NCBI GenBank assembly: GCA_046052125.1
Contig: JBJOMY010000002.1
Span: forward strand, 1-64,000
From: Cyanobacteriota bacterium
GTDB taxonomy: Bacteria; Cyanobacteriota; Cyanobacteriia; PCC-6307; Cyanobiaceae
Direction: 5' to 3'
DNA: 64,000 nucleotides
Below the pieces are notes generated by a model that saw only the letters and a list, made by a program, of their open reading frames with translations, did not search any database and was not told where the DNA came from. Made by a program: the position numbers and the translations under genes. Every line of letters begins with the position of its first letter. Position 1 is the first letter of the stretch. This document shows, one piece after another, positions 12,901 to 20,261 of the stretch.

Positions 12901-15900
12901 ATCGGGCACCGGCAACGCCAGCGGCGATGTGATCGATCCGGAACAGAGCCGCAACTCGCCCGCGGTGATTGCCCAGAGCATCGCTGGAGGTGGCGGCTAC
13001 GTGGGCAGCACAGCCGGCGCGACGGCCAGCTCCATCAGCCTGGGCAGCAGCAACGCCGCCATCTCCGAGGCGGCAGATGTGAACCTCAGCTTTAGCGATG
13101 CTCTGAGCACCAATGGCACCCAGAGCATCGGTGTGCTGGCCCAGAGCATCGGCGGCGGTGGTGGCTACACCAGCCTTGGAGGCACCAGCGTGCGGGTGGG
13201 TGCCATCGACGGTGCACGCCACAGTGCCGGCAACGTGACGGTGACCCTGAGCGGCAAGAACGCCACGGTGGACACCTACGGCGATCAAGCCGACGGCATC
13301 CTGGCCCAGAGCATCGGTGGCGGCGGCGGCTTGGCGGGCAGCAGCAGCAGCAGCCTGCGCCTCGGGGCGAGCCGCAGCGTTGCCGTCGACCCGGCGGTGC
13401 TGAGCAGCAGCGACGGCGGCAGCGTCACCATCAACAACGCCGCCCGAGTGGTCACCCGCGGCAACTACGCCATCGGCATCTTTGGCCAGAGCGTGGGAGC
13501 GGGCGGTGGCCGTGCCGGCGATGCCAGCGGCTCGGTGACCCTCGGCGCCGATGGCGGCCGCGGCGATGGTGGTGCCGTGACCCTGAACCTCAACGGCAGC
13601 GACAAGGGCAACGGGCTGGTAGCCACCTACGGCGATACGGCGCCGGCATTCCTGCTCCAGAGCATCGGCGGCGGCGGCGGTGTTGTCTTCCCTGCCGGCA
13701 TCGTGGCCTCCGGCAGCCTGCTGCTGGGCGGTGGCAGCTTTGGCGCCAGTGGCAGCGGCGGCAGCCTCAGCTTCACCACCAACAGCTTCAGCGAGGTGTA
13801 CACCCTCGGTGAAAACTCCAGCGGTTTCGTCTATCAAACGATCGGTGGTGGTGGTGGTTTCGCCGGCAGCACCAGCAGCTCCGCGCAGATCGGTGGCGTG
13901 TTTGCCGGCCGCTCCCGCGGCAGCGATCTAACGGTGGTGAGCCTCTACGACGTGAGCACCGGCGGCAGCAACGCACCGGCCCTGCTCGCCCAGACCATCG
14001 GCGGCGGCGGTGGACGAGGCGGCAACATCGGCACCACCCTTGAGATGGGTGGCAACGGCTCCGGCCTTGAGCCTGACGGCCGCGGCGGCACCCTCTCGAT
14101 CACGGTGAACAGCAACCTGTTGAGCAGCGGCGCCAACACCGCTCCGCTCACAGCCCAGACGATCGGTGGCGGTGGCGGCATCACGGGCAGCGTGGGCGGC
14201 AACACCAGCCTTGGCGGCAGCGGCAACGGTGATCGTCGCGGCGGCGAGCTCAGCATCACCATCAGTGGCAATCTCTCCAGCACGGGCAGCAACGGCGCTG
14301 CCCTGTTGGGACAGACCATCGGTGGTGGCGGTGGCGCCACAGCAGCGGTGGGCGGCAGCCTCAGCCTGGGCAGCAGCGGAGGCGGAATCGCCAGCGACAG
14401 CCGCGGTGGTGCCATCAACGCCAGCATTGGCACTGATCAGGTGCTGATCAGCTCGGGGGAAGCCAGCCCCGCGGTGGTGCTGCAGACGATCGGCGGAGGC
14501 GGCGGTTTCAGCAGCTCCGCCCTAGGGGCTGTGACCCTTGGCAGCGCCGCTGGGTCCAACGGCAACCAGAGCGCAGCCCGCATTGACTTCAACAACGCCG
14601 GAACCATCCAGACCAGCTCCGACAACGCCCCGGCGGTGGTGCTTCAGAACATCGGCGGCGGCGGCGGCTACAGCTTCGGCGGCAGCAGCACCACCTTCCG
14701 TAGCACCAACAACGGCATCGCCGATGCCGGTGACATCACGGTGACCAACAGCGGCACCGTGGCAACCCAGGGCAGCAACAGCTTCGGCATGTTGGTGCAG
14801 ACCATCGGCGGCGGCGGTGGCTTGTCAGGCGCCAGCGGCGGCAGCGTGAGCCTGGCGGGCAACGCCAACACCGCAACCAACTCCGGTTCGATCCGGATCG
14901 ACAACAGCGGCCGCATCAGCACAACGGGACGCGGGGCCCACGCCCTGGTGGTCCAGACCCTGGCCGGTGGCGGTGGTTTCGTGCTCGGGGGCGTCAGGCG
15001 TGACAGCAGCTCCGGCAGCGGGACCACCACCGGACGGAGCGGCAACATCGCGGTGAACAACAGTGGTGTGATCAGTGCCAGCGGCGAGAACGCCGTTGCC
15101 CTGCTCTTCCAGAACGCCAGCGGCGGCGCTTACCTCTATCAGAACCCTGACGGCACCGTGAGCGCTGTCTCCAGCGCACCCGACAGCGACAGCAGCCGCG
15201 CGGGTGAAGTGGTGGTCACGAACACCGGTGTGATCCAGTCCACCGGTGTCGGCGGCATCGGCATCACCAAATCCACCAACGCCAACGACACGCACGGCAA
15301 CCTCCGGGTGGAGAACGCCGAAGGGGCCACCATCCAGGGCGGGGCGGGTGGTGCAGCCATCGTGCTGGTCACCGATCAGGTGGAGAGGGTGATCAACCGC
15401 GGCTCAATCATCGCCGGCGACAAGGGTCGCGCCATGGCCCTAGAGGGCGTCGGTGGCAACGACTACGTGCGCAATTACGGCACCATTGCGGGCAACATTG
15501 CGATCCCAGGAGCCCTTACCGACTTCTACAACGCCCCAACCGGTCGTATCGAAGCTCAGTTCATCGATCTTGATGAGCAGTCGATCGTCTTGAACTCGGG
15601 AACCATCTCACCCAATGGTCCATATCGCCTCGGAACCCTCGACATCTGGGCTGACTACATTCAGACAGGTACCGGCAACTACGAAGCCGATTTGGTGCTT
15701 CGCAGTGGTGTCACCGATCAACTGAATGCTGCTTCAGCCACCTCCATCGATGGCACGGTGACCCTGCTGCCCAACCAGGTGGGTCAGGCCAAACCCGGCA
15801 GCTTCACGAGCACTGGCATCATCGACACGGCTGCGGGCATCAGCCTTGATGGCTTGGAGCTGGTGGCCCCCATTTCTGCGGTGGCCGACTTCTCCATGCG

Positions 15901-17209
15901 CCTGATCGAAGGTGGTCGCGATCTGGCCTTCGACTACAGCGTTGATTACGCCCCGAAAGGCCTCAGCCCCAACTCCACCAACGTGGGCAAGGCGATCAAC
16001 ACCATCCAGGCCGCAGGCAGCACCAGCAAGTTCGAACCCACGGCTGCTCTCGTCTTCTACGACGAAACCGTGTCGGAGCTGGATGACACCTACCGTCAGC
16101 TATCCGGTGAAGCACTCACGGCCTTCAGCCAGGTGGCAATTGATGCCGCCCAAAACTTCCAGATCGCCGTCAACAACAACCTCGATGAGGTTGCCCTCAA
16201 CCCTGAAGCCCGCTGCCTGGCGGAACAGCAGCAGGCTCCTCGCCAACCCACAGGGTTCGGAGATCAGCCAAAACAACAGCCGGCACCAGCGGTAGCCCCT
16301 TGCGGCACCTGGCGCGGCTGGGCCCTCATGAGTGGCTACGACGCATCAACCCCCGGCCAAGGCAGCTCAGATCAGGCCTCCTACGACACCACCGCCTTCG
16401 GCACCACCATCGGCGCTGACGCCTTGGTGCGTCACGGCACCCTGGTCGGCGCCGCCGCACGCTGGGACAACCTCTGGACCACCGCCTCCTCGCTGGGCAC
16501 TTCAGGGGTCACCACCGGCTGGAGCGGCATGCTCTACGCCAAGCAGGCCCTCGGCCCCGAGACCAGGCTCACAGCCATGCTCGGAGCCGGCAGCTACAGC
16601 GCAGACATCCGGCGCAATCTCAGCCTCAGCGCCCCGGCCACCGAGCAGAGCACGGTGAATGCAACCGGTTACTCCGCTCAGCTGGGGGTGAGCCACCGTG
16701 TTCCCATCGGCCGCGCTTCCCTCACACCCAAACTGGGTATTAGCTGGCTGCAACTGAAGCAACCGGGCTTCAGTGAATCCACCAGTTCCAGTGGAGCCGC
16801 CTTCCAGCAACCCGGCAACCCACTCGATCCGGTGCCATCACCGGGCAAGGCCTCCTACTCACTCAAGGTGGCCAGCGAGACCTACACGAGTGTTCCGCTC
16901 AGCTTCGGCGTCGAGTTCAGCCAGGCGATCAAGAAGGGTTCCACCACCTGGATCCCCCGATTGGGCATCGGCTACTCCTTCGACCTGGCCAACACCCAAC
17001 GCAACATGAATGCCCAGTTCACGGCGGCGCCGGGTGCCTCTTTCGATGTGGAAGGCACGCCCGCACCCTCCCAGTGGTGGACCATCGGGCTGGGTCTGGA
17101 CGTGCAACTTGGTGATCGCGTCAGCCTGTATGGCGGTGCCTTGGGTCAGCTTTCTCCCGGTAGCACCCAGTCAATCAACTACGGCGGCGGCTTCCGCTGG
17201 CGCTTCTGA
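2..17209 (+). CDS. Giant Gly/Ser/Asn-rich repeat autotransporter (type V) protein, 5' end outside window
   Basis: The frame of the 290..17209 ORF is open back to base 2 (RAGNVSLYANG...). About 88 repeats ending QS(I/V)GGGGG by manual count. C-terminal ~300 aa has alternating amphipathic strands and ends ...YGGGFRWRF (terminal Phe, a typical outer-membrane barrel signal). Confidence 0.9.
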   Translation, partial: RAGNVSLYANGTFLTSGNISHGILLQSIGGGGGQGGSVTSNASASADSANSSFSFGASASLSGSGGSAGAAGDVFGSIAGDIQTQGDGSIGFFAQSVGGGGGAGGSVTNAAGSGGNASLQASASFAMGGAGGSGGSAGDVSFAVPSQLTVITGNLTAGTGTGAHGILLQSIGGGGGQGGSILSGNATTSASNSSFSFGASASLSGSGGAGGSAGSVSLGSSSQIAPLAVQTFGDNAHGVFLQSVGGGGGAGGSVNSAAAGGNLSASFAMGGAGGSGARAGNVSLYANGTFLTSGNISHGILLQSIGGGGGQGGSVTSNATAGASEANATFSMGLNASSAGEGGKGGYGGAVTAQLAGTVQTTGDQSIGVFLQSVGGGGGAAGTVTNTGAGANATYSAGASYSMGGAGGSGANGGKVKLKQKGSGNLTVFTEGDNSQAILLQSVGGGGGQGSSVSNSSNGGNGSYSLGGSVGAPGAGGGGGNGGSVTATLKQLIIQTTGNSSPGLMAQSVGGGGGAAGTTMNDVQDASVSLQLNLGASGGDGGSAGKVNVTVNGGQLATFGDSSAAIYAQSVGGGGGQASSAMGNGDGSSVSLSGTMGGTGGGGGGGGSVSVSNRARISTSGVNSVGIYAQSVGGGGGESSVTSPSTSSSNNLNGSLQIGGSGGSGGNGGNVTVTNRGRIDTLGSQAHGVFAQSVGGGGGRVSMALANNSSNTGNAALSVGASGGSGGNAGSVKVTNRSVIVTQGDAAYGIYAQSVGGGGGSVSSSSSVALTFGASGGDGGNAGSITITNSGSVGTYGNNAVGVFAQSVGGGGGDAGTTQSTLTMGASGGTGGSAGSINIDNSGLIVTYGASSIGVFAQSVGGGGGRATTGNGAANFGASGGAGGNAGNVSLVNSGTIATYGEDSIPVLLSSVGGGGGIANSGFLDAVLGSQSSGSNGQSGVTSLVNTGTLQSSAIYSPGILYQSIGGGGGSINRISGSATAGSTSATGAQGAQPITLSNSGNIITLGAYSGALIAQSIGGGGGRIAQVGTSAVLGATNASSSANLNGGAITINSSSTFLLTEGTYSPGILAQTIGGGGGYMGPVGSGNASLGISGSQGQANGGAITVNNSAIIVTKGDYSGAITLQSIGGGGGQVGTVNGSVQLGSINSGGSQAGGNITLNNSASLETTANSSPLLIAQSVGGGGGVVGLVSGSANLGSINIAPGTNAQGGQISIVNTGESLVTRGQNSPAFYAQSVGGGGGRAAAVTGNVTMGASGSGYLSGGNVSVNNTANVATTGINGLAILVQSIGGGGGTAGISEGNAVVLGGSALGETMGGAVSLINSGTIYTEGNNASALLVQSIGGGGGAAAKSAGDLSRLGGTAGQQSGGGSVTINNSGAIQTMGYGSAGFVAQSIGGGGGYIAETNDTDSYDVTLSGTGQEQASGGNLTITNTAPFISTNGSYSPALVAQSIGGGGGWSLLRSNPDAQIGSESGGGMTGGSVNLRSTSNIYTTGASSAGVVIQSIGGGGGVTGSAVGNVTLGASNVSGNLSGGPLTVQLSGIVYTTGYASPAVVVQSIGGGGGLGDVVGGNAQLGQSGTQSSNSNSGTITLKTQGRAVQTDGTGAPAVIAQSIGGGGGWLSDVSVNANLGGTTASGGSSSAGAIQVTNNYKLIATQGRNSTGLLVQSIGGGGGFTGITAGANLILGGSNTGNTTGGNVQVRSRSTITTTGLNAAAMVVQSVGGGGGSSATISGDLIRLGGSGSGDASAGAINVTNSGNLQTEGTGSAALLVQSIGGGGGYISEVNGDEQYSVFFGARGNLSSNGGSINLRNSARQITTLGDYSAAVNVQSIGGGGGYALIKGANRAATRLGSIGADASANGGNLEITNAANIYTQGVSSVGINAQSIGGGGGTIAAASGRLNLGADLLAGSANAGAISFNNSGSVYTQGDFSPALFIQSIGGGGGNVGGGDKDGFSDLGATGVSGRGSSSGGTISVTLSGALARTDGNTAPVLTVQSIGGGGGRVGDAAGGILLGGRDLQAAGGGTISVNSSTELVSLGADSPTAVIQSIGGGGGVVGRVTGTRIGMGGTGLNDAAGGNVSVSNSGDMTSLGQNAALLVVQSIGGGGGFTATTQGSENAAETVNLGSTQSSNVAGGSITVVNSAALRSVGTASDTLLVQSVGGGGGVVGRIGDSPRVFNLTLGGSDVNNAAAGAININNSGALLYTEGDYSRALLVQSIGGGGGWAYVNSDTDSLSYVGANRATGDNAAGWISVVNSAEVVTKGLSSGGIIIQSIGGGGGVIANAAGELTMGSTNSTGDTSGGSVTLRNSGNISTLSIDSPALFVQSIGGGGGRANNIRGELQLGLTGTEGSLTASAGDINITNTGAFISTSGDYAGGLVAQSIGGGGGLTGSILETNTEGRLGSGAYSPSTTVPSLGNSYILNSGNITISNTAEITTIGSYSPALLAQTIAGGGGLTGEITGGTLTMGMNGAAVANAGNITITNSGQLLTRGIFSAGLLAQSIGGGGGATNSEGNDKFFMGSLFGQQSRAGSVTVNNSGSIQTQGEGSVALLAQSIGGGGGYTASLEFTPGNTAEKMYLSGFYTNDAAAGDITVTNSGETVSTLGANSPALLIQSVGGGGGWSFVEGMHSAKGRVGMKGGSNAPGGDITVTNSADLVTLGANSHALRIQSIGGGGGSIAADADWLSLGAIDGVSTDGVSDIALRGDLSGGDVNVTNKGRISTAGENASGLAVLSLGGGGGSVFGSIYQRASMGSSVTLAGDTNLQGGNVMVNSKGKSIQTLGSAAPAVMVQSIGGGGGYVGSIQGDLTMGGNVAGLAMGGSISVKNRAEISTTGNSSPGLLIHSVGGGGGATGPISGDASFALLGSVGSANNSAAAVTVTNRGTVTTQGSNAPALLAQSIGGGGGYTTTSSGTDLILMGSYGTGTQQGGAVSVNNKAILQTQGRGSQALVAQSIGGGGGFVGQVSDNSSPTLILGAKGALVDGNQRRTFIDNIRADQATFDSLDPSTIDGLNDALSLLAQQFSNQAGAGDASAVTVESSARYLATQGNAATVLLAQSIGGGGGWSVLQGSDDLMLLGSIKGGQGNAGSVSVTNSSILSSLGDFSSALLVQSLGGGGGFAGDGGRQAHLGAYESNGSMQGSTVTVNNSAALVTQGNSSIGLLAQSIGGGGGKVVTINGAAQLGSIGVLGAGSSQNSGTVVVVNTAPGIQTAGNNAPALLAQSIGGGGGIVATVNGEVTLGSTDSAGSQQGGNVTVRNSGVLITSGTNAAGLVAQSIGGGGGMAGINSSNLSMQLGSSGGTNLQAGAVTVTNNAQIQTTGNNAAGMTLQSIGGGGGMAASSATTASGDDRLGSTNSSNSGAGALELTSSGQITTAGSGSPALLLQSIGGGGGAIQAIDNAATTNLSLGASGGGNASGNTVQLDHRDGVIATSGENAAGVVVQSIGGGGGWSLAQSTLSTTLGSNGLLDGSAAAVSALLNSNVATSGNNSPALVLQSIGGGGGYGGNSQGNIQLGAINSSGNLSGGAIELNLNGSLQTTGNNAPVVLIQSIGGGGGRAANADGNASLGLSNNSSTGSVDASAADITVTVASSPVGLVSLGDESPALVVQSIGGGGGIVASVNGNANLQGSGNGNLSGGDVTVSTEAMVRTLGNNAAALLAQSIGGGGGAASVVGGDTIQLGTSSSGTSISGTVTVTTKELITTQGRNAAAIVAQSIAGGGGIAYTDQGSVTLGGSVNGLANAGDVTVTTANASTVATAGESAVAVLAQSIAGGGGFVGGSGTGNSSSVRLGGSGNQLGNSGAVSVSLANDGTVQTSGNQSPAVIAQSIGGGGGFTNQSGTSMSLGMSGGRGSNANTVTVVNRGRIFTSGDNSEGVIAQSIGGGGGSAGASGTSLVMGASGGANGSGSDVSVRNQGTKIVTSGNYSIGVVAQSVGAGGGRVASASGSITLGADGGSGDGGSVLLNNKNGLIATSGDYAPAYLIQSVGGGGGVVGIGTGSSSGEVVLGGGSSGTAGSGGVVALTNNKGKIQTTGQYSAGVIHQSIGGGGGWIGSVTSGNVRLGGQTVGRSDGADLNLILRYKLVTNGDNAPGVTLQSLGGGGGVVANVGGNLSLGGSLSGAISASGGSLNYTGYNKQIATNGSDSPALVLQSIGGGGGLVGSLGGSLSVGTTTSAGSFSNGAAITAVNRAELSTNGNNSAAVVLQSIGGGGGLIASSPRGVTIGSNGSGVSRSGDLNLTTLQAIQTRGINSPGVILQSIGGGGALATASGGAIALGGSPQGNSNSGSITYSSQSTIGTGGSGGASGTGNASGDVIDPEQSRNSPAVIAQSIAGGGGYVGSTAGATASSISLGSSNAAISEAADVNLSFSDALSTNGTQSIGVLAQSIGGGGGYTSLGGTSVRVGAIDGARHSAGNVTVTLSGKNATVDTYGDQADGILAQSIGGGGGLAGSSSSSLRLGASRSVAVDPAVLSSSDGGSVTINNAARVVTRGNYAIGIFGQSVGAGGGRAGDASGSVTLGADGGRGDGGAVTLNLNGSDKGNGLVATYGDTAPAFLLQSIGGGGGVVFPAGIVASGSLLLGGGSFGASGSGGSLSFTTNSFSEVYTLGENSSGFVYQTIGGGGGFAGSTSSSAQIGGVFAGRSRGSDLTVVSLYDVSTGGSNAPALLAQTIGGGGGRGGNIGTTLEMGGNGSGLEPDGRGGTLSITVNSNLLSSGANTAPLTAQTIGGGGGITGSVGGNTSLGGSGNGDRRGGELSITISGNLSSTGSNGAALLGQTIGGGGGATAAVGGSLSLGSSGGGIASDSRGGAINASIGTDQVLISSGEASPAVVLQTIGGGGGFSSSALGAVTLGSAAGSNGNQSAARIDFNNAGTIQTSSDNAPAVVLQNIGGGGGYSFGGSSTTFRSTNNGIADAGDITVTNSGTVATQGSNSFGMLVQTIGGGGGLSGASGGSVSLAGNANTATNSGSIRIDNSGRISTTGRGAHALVVQTLAGGGGFVLGGVRRDSSSGSGTTTGRSGNIAVNNSGVISASGENAVALLFQNASGGAYLYQNPDGTVSAVSSAPDSDSSRAGEVVVTNTGVIQSTGVGGIGITKSTNANDTHGNLRVENAEGATIQGGAGGAAIVLVTDQVERVINRGSIIAGDKGRAMALEGVGGNDYVRNYGTIAGNIAIPGALTDFYNAPTGRIEAQFIDLDEQSIVLNSGTISPNGPYRLGTLDIWADYIQTGTGNYEADLVLRSGVTDQLNAASATSIDGTVTLLPNQVGQAKPGSFTSTGIIDTAAGISLDGLELVAPISAVADFSMRLIEGGRDLAFDYSVDYAPKGLSPNSTNVGKAINTIQAAGSTSKFEPTAALVFYDETVSELDDTYRQLSGEALTAFSQVAIDAAQNFQIAVNNNLDEVALNPEARCLAEQQQAPRQPTGFGDQPKQQPAPAVAPCGTWRGWALMSGYDASTPGQGSSDQASYDTTAFGTTIGADALVRHGTLVGAAARWDNLWTTASSLGTSGVTTGWSGMLYAKQALGPETRLTAMLGAGSYSADIRRNLSLSAPATEQSTVNATGYSAQLGVSHRVPIGRASLTPKLGISWLQLKQPGFSESTSSSGAAFQQPGNPLDPVPSPGKASYSLKVASETYTSVPLSFGVEFSQAIKKGSTTWIPRLGIGYSFDLANTQRNMNAQFTAAPGASFDVEGTPAPSQWWTIGLGLDVQLGDRVSLYGGALGQLSPGSTQSINYGGGFRWRF

Positions 17210-17283
17210 TCCCTCAGATGGCTTCTGACCGGTAGCCATCTTCAGTGGTCATCGCTACGGTTTTGGCACATCAAGTGCTGACT

Positions 17284-18054
17284 ATGGGTCTGCCTACACC
17301 AGGCACTAACAAGCTTCAAGTCCTACGCGCTATTGAGGATGGCTGGCAGGCCTTCTGCCGAGCCCCCTGGCCCTTCCTGCTCTTTCAGGTGCTGGTGCTG
17401 CTGATCATGGCGCCCTTCGCCGCCTTAATGGTGAGCGGCCTGGTGCGCCTGAACAGCCCTGAACCCTCCTTCCTGCACCCGGTGGCCGCCGGTGTGGGTT
17501 TGGTCGTGGGCGTGATCGGTTACGTGATCGTGGGGCTGTGGGGTGCCGTGGGAATCACCCGTAGTGCCTGGATGAGCCTCGACGGGCAGAAGCCCAGCTT
17601 CCGCAACTTCACCCGCTGGGATGGTGCCGCCAGCCGCCGTCTGCTCGGTTCGGCGATCCTGCTGGCGATCGTGGTCGGCGTGGTGGGCGTGATCGCTACC
17701 TTGATCGGCACTGGCCTCAACCAGGTGAATGCGGCGCTCACCGCCATTCCGGTGATCATTTTCGGCATCTTCTACATCTGGTTCCTGATCAGCCAGAAGT
17801 TCCTGCTGCAGCTCTCGCTGTTCGGGGTGAAGCGCCCTGTGGAAACCATTCAGGCCGGCGTGAGTGGTGTGAACCCCAGCTGGTGGGTGGTGCTGTGGCT
17901 GGCGATCGTGGAAAGCGTGATCCACGCAGTAGCCGCGCTGTTCAGCTACGGCGGTCTGTTTGTGATCTTCCCTGTGGTGATCTGCATCAGCACCGCGGCC
18001 TACCGCCAGCTGTTCGGCAGCCAGGACCACACCGGCATCCTCAGCAACGGCTGA
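17284..18054 (+). CDS. Conserved hypothetical integral membrane protein (~6 TM)
   Basis: Multiple hydrophobic stretches, ending '...ISTAAYRQLFG'. ATG 17284 preferred over GTG 17245. Confidence 0.75.
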   Translation: MGLPTPGTNKLQVLRAIEDGWQAFCRAPWPFLLFQVLVLLIMAPFAALMVSGLVRLNSPEPSFLHPVAAGVGLVVGVIGYVIVGLWGAVGITRSAWMSLDGQKPSFRNFTRWDGAASRRLLGSAILLAIVVGVVGVIATLIGTGLNQVNAALTAIPVIIFGIFYIWFLISQKFLLQLSLFGVKRPVETIQAGVSGVNPSWWVVLWLAIVESVIHAVAALFSYGGLFVIFPVVICISTAAYRQLFGSQDHTGILSNG

Positions 18055-18077
18055 GTCCGATCAGCTAGCTGATGGGA

Positions 18078-18983
18078 TCAACGGCGGCGTGCCAGCCGCC
18101 ATTTCGCTGAACGGCTGCGGGGGTTGGAGCACTGCTCCTCCTCCGCAGCCGTTTCCGGTTTGCGGGTGACCCGCTGCAAGCGCTCATCGCTCACGAAGGC
18201 CGTTTTCACGCGCCGGTCTTCGAGGGAGTGAAAGCTGATCACCCCGAACAGGCCGCCGCTCAACAGCCAGTCGGGGGCCACCTGCAGCAAACGATCCAGC
18301 ACGCCCAGCTCGTCGTTCACGGCAATCCTCAGCGCCTGGAAGGTGCGAGTGGCGGGGTGGATGCGGCCACGGCGCGCTTTGGGGGGGTAGCAACCTGCGA
18401 CTGCGTAGGCCAGGGCTGCAGTGCCGCTGTAGGGACCCTGCTCGGCCAGGTCGTGCTTGATCCGCCGGGCAATGCGGCGCGAGAGCCGCTCCTCCCCATA
18501 GGCGTAGATCAAATCCGCCAGTTCCGTTTCATCCAGGCGCTCAATCAAGTCCGCCACCGGTTCACCGGCGCCAGGATTCATGCGCATGTCGAGCGGGCCA
18601 TCGAGGCGGAAGCTGAAGCCGCGCGCCGCCACATCGAGTTGGGGGCTGCTCACCCCGAGGTCGGCCAGCACCGCCAAAGCCGGCTCAGGCGGGCTGTAAG
18701 CCGCGAAATTGGTGGCCACGATCTGCACCCGATCGCCGAAGGGCGCCAGGCGTTCTGCTGCTGCGGCACGGGCGGTGGGGTCTTGATCCAGCCCGATCAA
18801 CCGCAGCAGTGGATGAGCCTCCAGCAGCAGGGCGCTATGCCCCCCACCGCCCAGGGTGCAATCGATCAACAGGCCGTCACCCCGGGCAGCCAGCAGCGGT
18901 TCCAGCTCTGCGAACCCCGCCAGCACTGGCGCCGCCAGCACCGGAACGTGATCAAAGCTGGAGGAATCCCGCAAATCGCCCAA
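18078..18983 (-). CDS. rsmH: 16S rRNA m4C1402 methyltransferase RsmH (MraW)
   Basis: [49 protein letters not shown] and NPRSRSAK motifs. Confidence 0.96.
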   Translation of the reverse strand: MGDLRDSSSFDHVPVLAAPVLAGFAELEPLLAARGDGLLIDCTLGGGGHSALLLEAHPLLRLIGLDQDPTARAAAAERLAPFGDRVQIVATNFAAYSPPEPALAVLADLGVSSPQLDVAARGFSFRLDGPLDMRMNPGAGEPVADLIERLDETELADLIYAYGEERLSRRIARRIKHDLAEQGPYSGTAALAYAVAGCYPPKARRGRIHPATRTFQALRIAVNDELGVLDRLLQVAPDWLLSGGLFGVISFHSLEDRRVKTAFVSDERLQRVTRKPETAAEEEQCSNPRSRSAKWRLARRR

Positions 18984-19051
18984 GCGCAGCGCCAGAAGCG
19001 GTGGCCCTTCCTTCCTAAGATCCCGCCAGCGAGCCCATCCCCCACGGCCCC

Positions 19052-20236
19052 ATGACGCAGCTGGAAACGCGCACGGAGCCGATGGTGGTGAACTTCGGGC
19101 CCCACCACCCCTCGATGCACGGGGTGCTGCGGCTCGTGGTGACGCTCGACGGGGAAGACGTGGTGGACTGCGAGCCGGTGATCGGCTACCTGCACCGCGG
19201 CATGGAGAAGATCGCCGAGAACCGCACGAACGTGATGTTCGTGCCCTACGTGAGCCGCATGGACTATGCGGCCGGCATGTTCTACGAGGCGATCGTGGTG
19301 AACGCGCCCGAGCGGCTGGCCAATGTGCCGGTGCCGAAGCGCGCCAGCTACATCCGCGTGTTGATGCTGGAACTCAACCGCATCGCCAACCACCTGCTCT
19401 GGCTTGGCCCCTTCCTCGCAGACGTGGGCGCCCAGACGCCGTTCTTCTACATCTTCCGCGAACGGGAGATGATCTACGACCTGTGGGAAGCGGCCACCGG
19501 CCAGCGGCTGATCAACAACAACTACTTCCGCATCGGTGGTGTGGCCGCAGATCTGCCCTACGGCTGGCTGGAGAAGTGCCTCGACTTCTGCGACTGGTTC
19601 GGCCCCAAGATCGATGAGTACGAGAAGCTGATCACCAACAACCCGATCTTCCGCAAGCGGATTGAAGGGCTGGGCGTGATCAGCCGCGAGCAGGCGATCA
19701 ACTGGAGCCTCTCCGGCCCAATGCTGCGCGCTTCAGGCGTGCCCTGGGATCTGCGCAAAGTGGATCACTACGAGTGCTACGACGACTTCGACTGGGATGT
19801 GGCCTGGGAGAAAGAAGGCGACTGCTATGCCCGTTACCGGGTGCGCGTTCAGGAGATGCGCGAATCCCTCAAGATCCTGCGCCAGGCCTGCCAGATGATC
19901 CCCGGAGGCCCCACCGAACACCTGGAAGCCCGCCGCATGGCCGAAGGCAAGGGCAGCGAGTTCGCTGGCTTCGATTATCAAATCGTGGCCAAAAAGGTGG
20001 CCCCCACCTTCAAGATCCCCAGCGGTGAGCTCTACACCCGCCTGGAATCCGGCAAGGGCGAGATCGGCGTGTTCATCCAAGGCAACGACGACGTGACTCC
20101 CTGGCGCTTCAAGATCCGCGCCGCCGATTTCAACAACCTTCAGATCCTTCCCCACATCCTCAAGGGGGCGAAGGTGGCCGACATCATGGCCATCCTCGGC
20201 TCGATTGACGTGATCATGGGTTCGGTGGATCGATGA
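19052..20236 (+). CDS. ndhH: NAD(P)H-quinone oxidoreductase subunit H
   Basis: [15 protein letters not shown]...[12 protein letters not shown]; 394 aa ending GSVDR. Confidence 0.98.
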   Translation: MTQLETRTEPMVVNFGPHHPSMHGVLRLVVTLDGEDVVDCEPVIGYLHRGMEKIAENRTNVMFVPYVSRMDYAAGMFYEAIVVNAPERLANVPVPKRASYIRVLMLELNRIANHLLWLGPFLADVGAQTPFFYIFREREMIYDLWEAATGQRLINNNYFRIGGVAADLPYGWLEKCLDFCDWFGPKIDEYEKLITNNPIFRKRIEGLGVISREQAINWSLSGPMLRASGVPWDLRKVDHYECYDDFDWDVAWEKEGDCYARYRVRVQEMRESLKILRQACQMIPGGPTEHLEARRMAEGKGSEFAGFDYQIVAKKVAPTFKIPSGELYTRLESGKGEIGVFIQGNDDVTPWRFKIRAADFNNLQILPHILKGAKVADIMAILGSIDVIMGSVDR

Positions 20237-20261
20237 GCAGCCTGGATCGCTGATCCGCCCC

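Noticed and set aside
70..14980. Recurring cagagcatcggcggcggcggc as a possible CRISPR or DGR repeat
   Set aside because: Spacing is ~160 bp in multiples of three, variation is synonymous, and it lies inside a CDS. No cas or reverse transcriptase gene is present.
1128..17228. Dozens of alternative-frame and antisense ORFs with poly-Pro/poly-Ala
   Set aside because: They mirror the GGC/GGT tracts of the giant gene; no independent coding signal.
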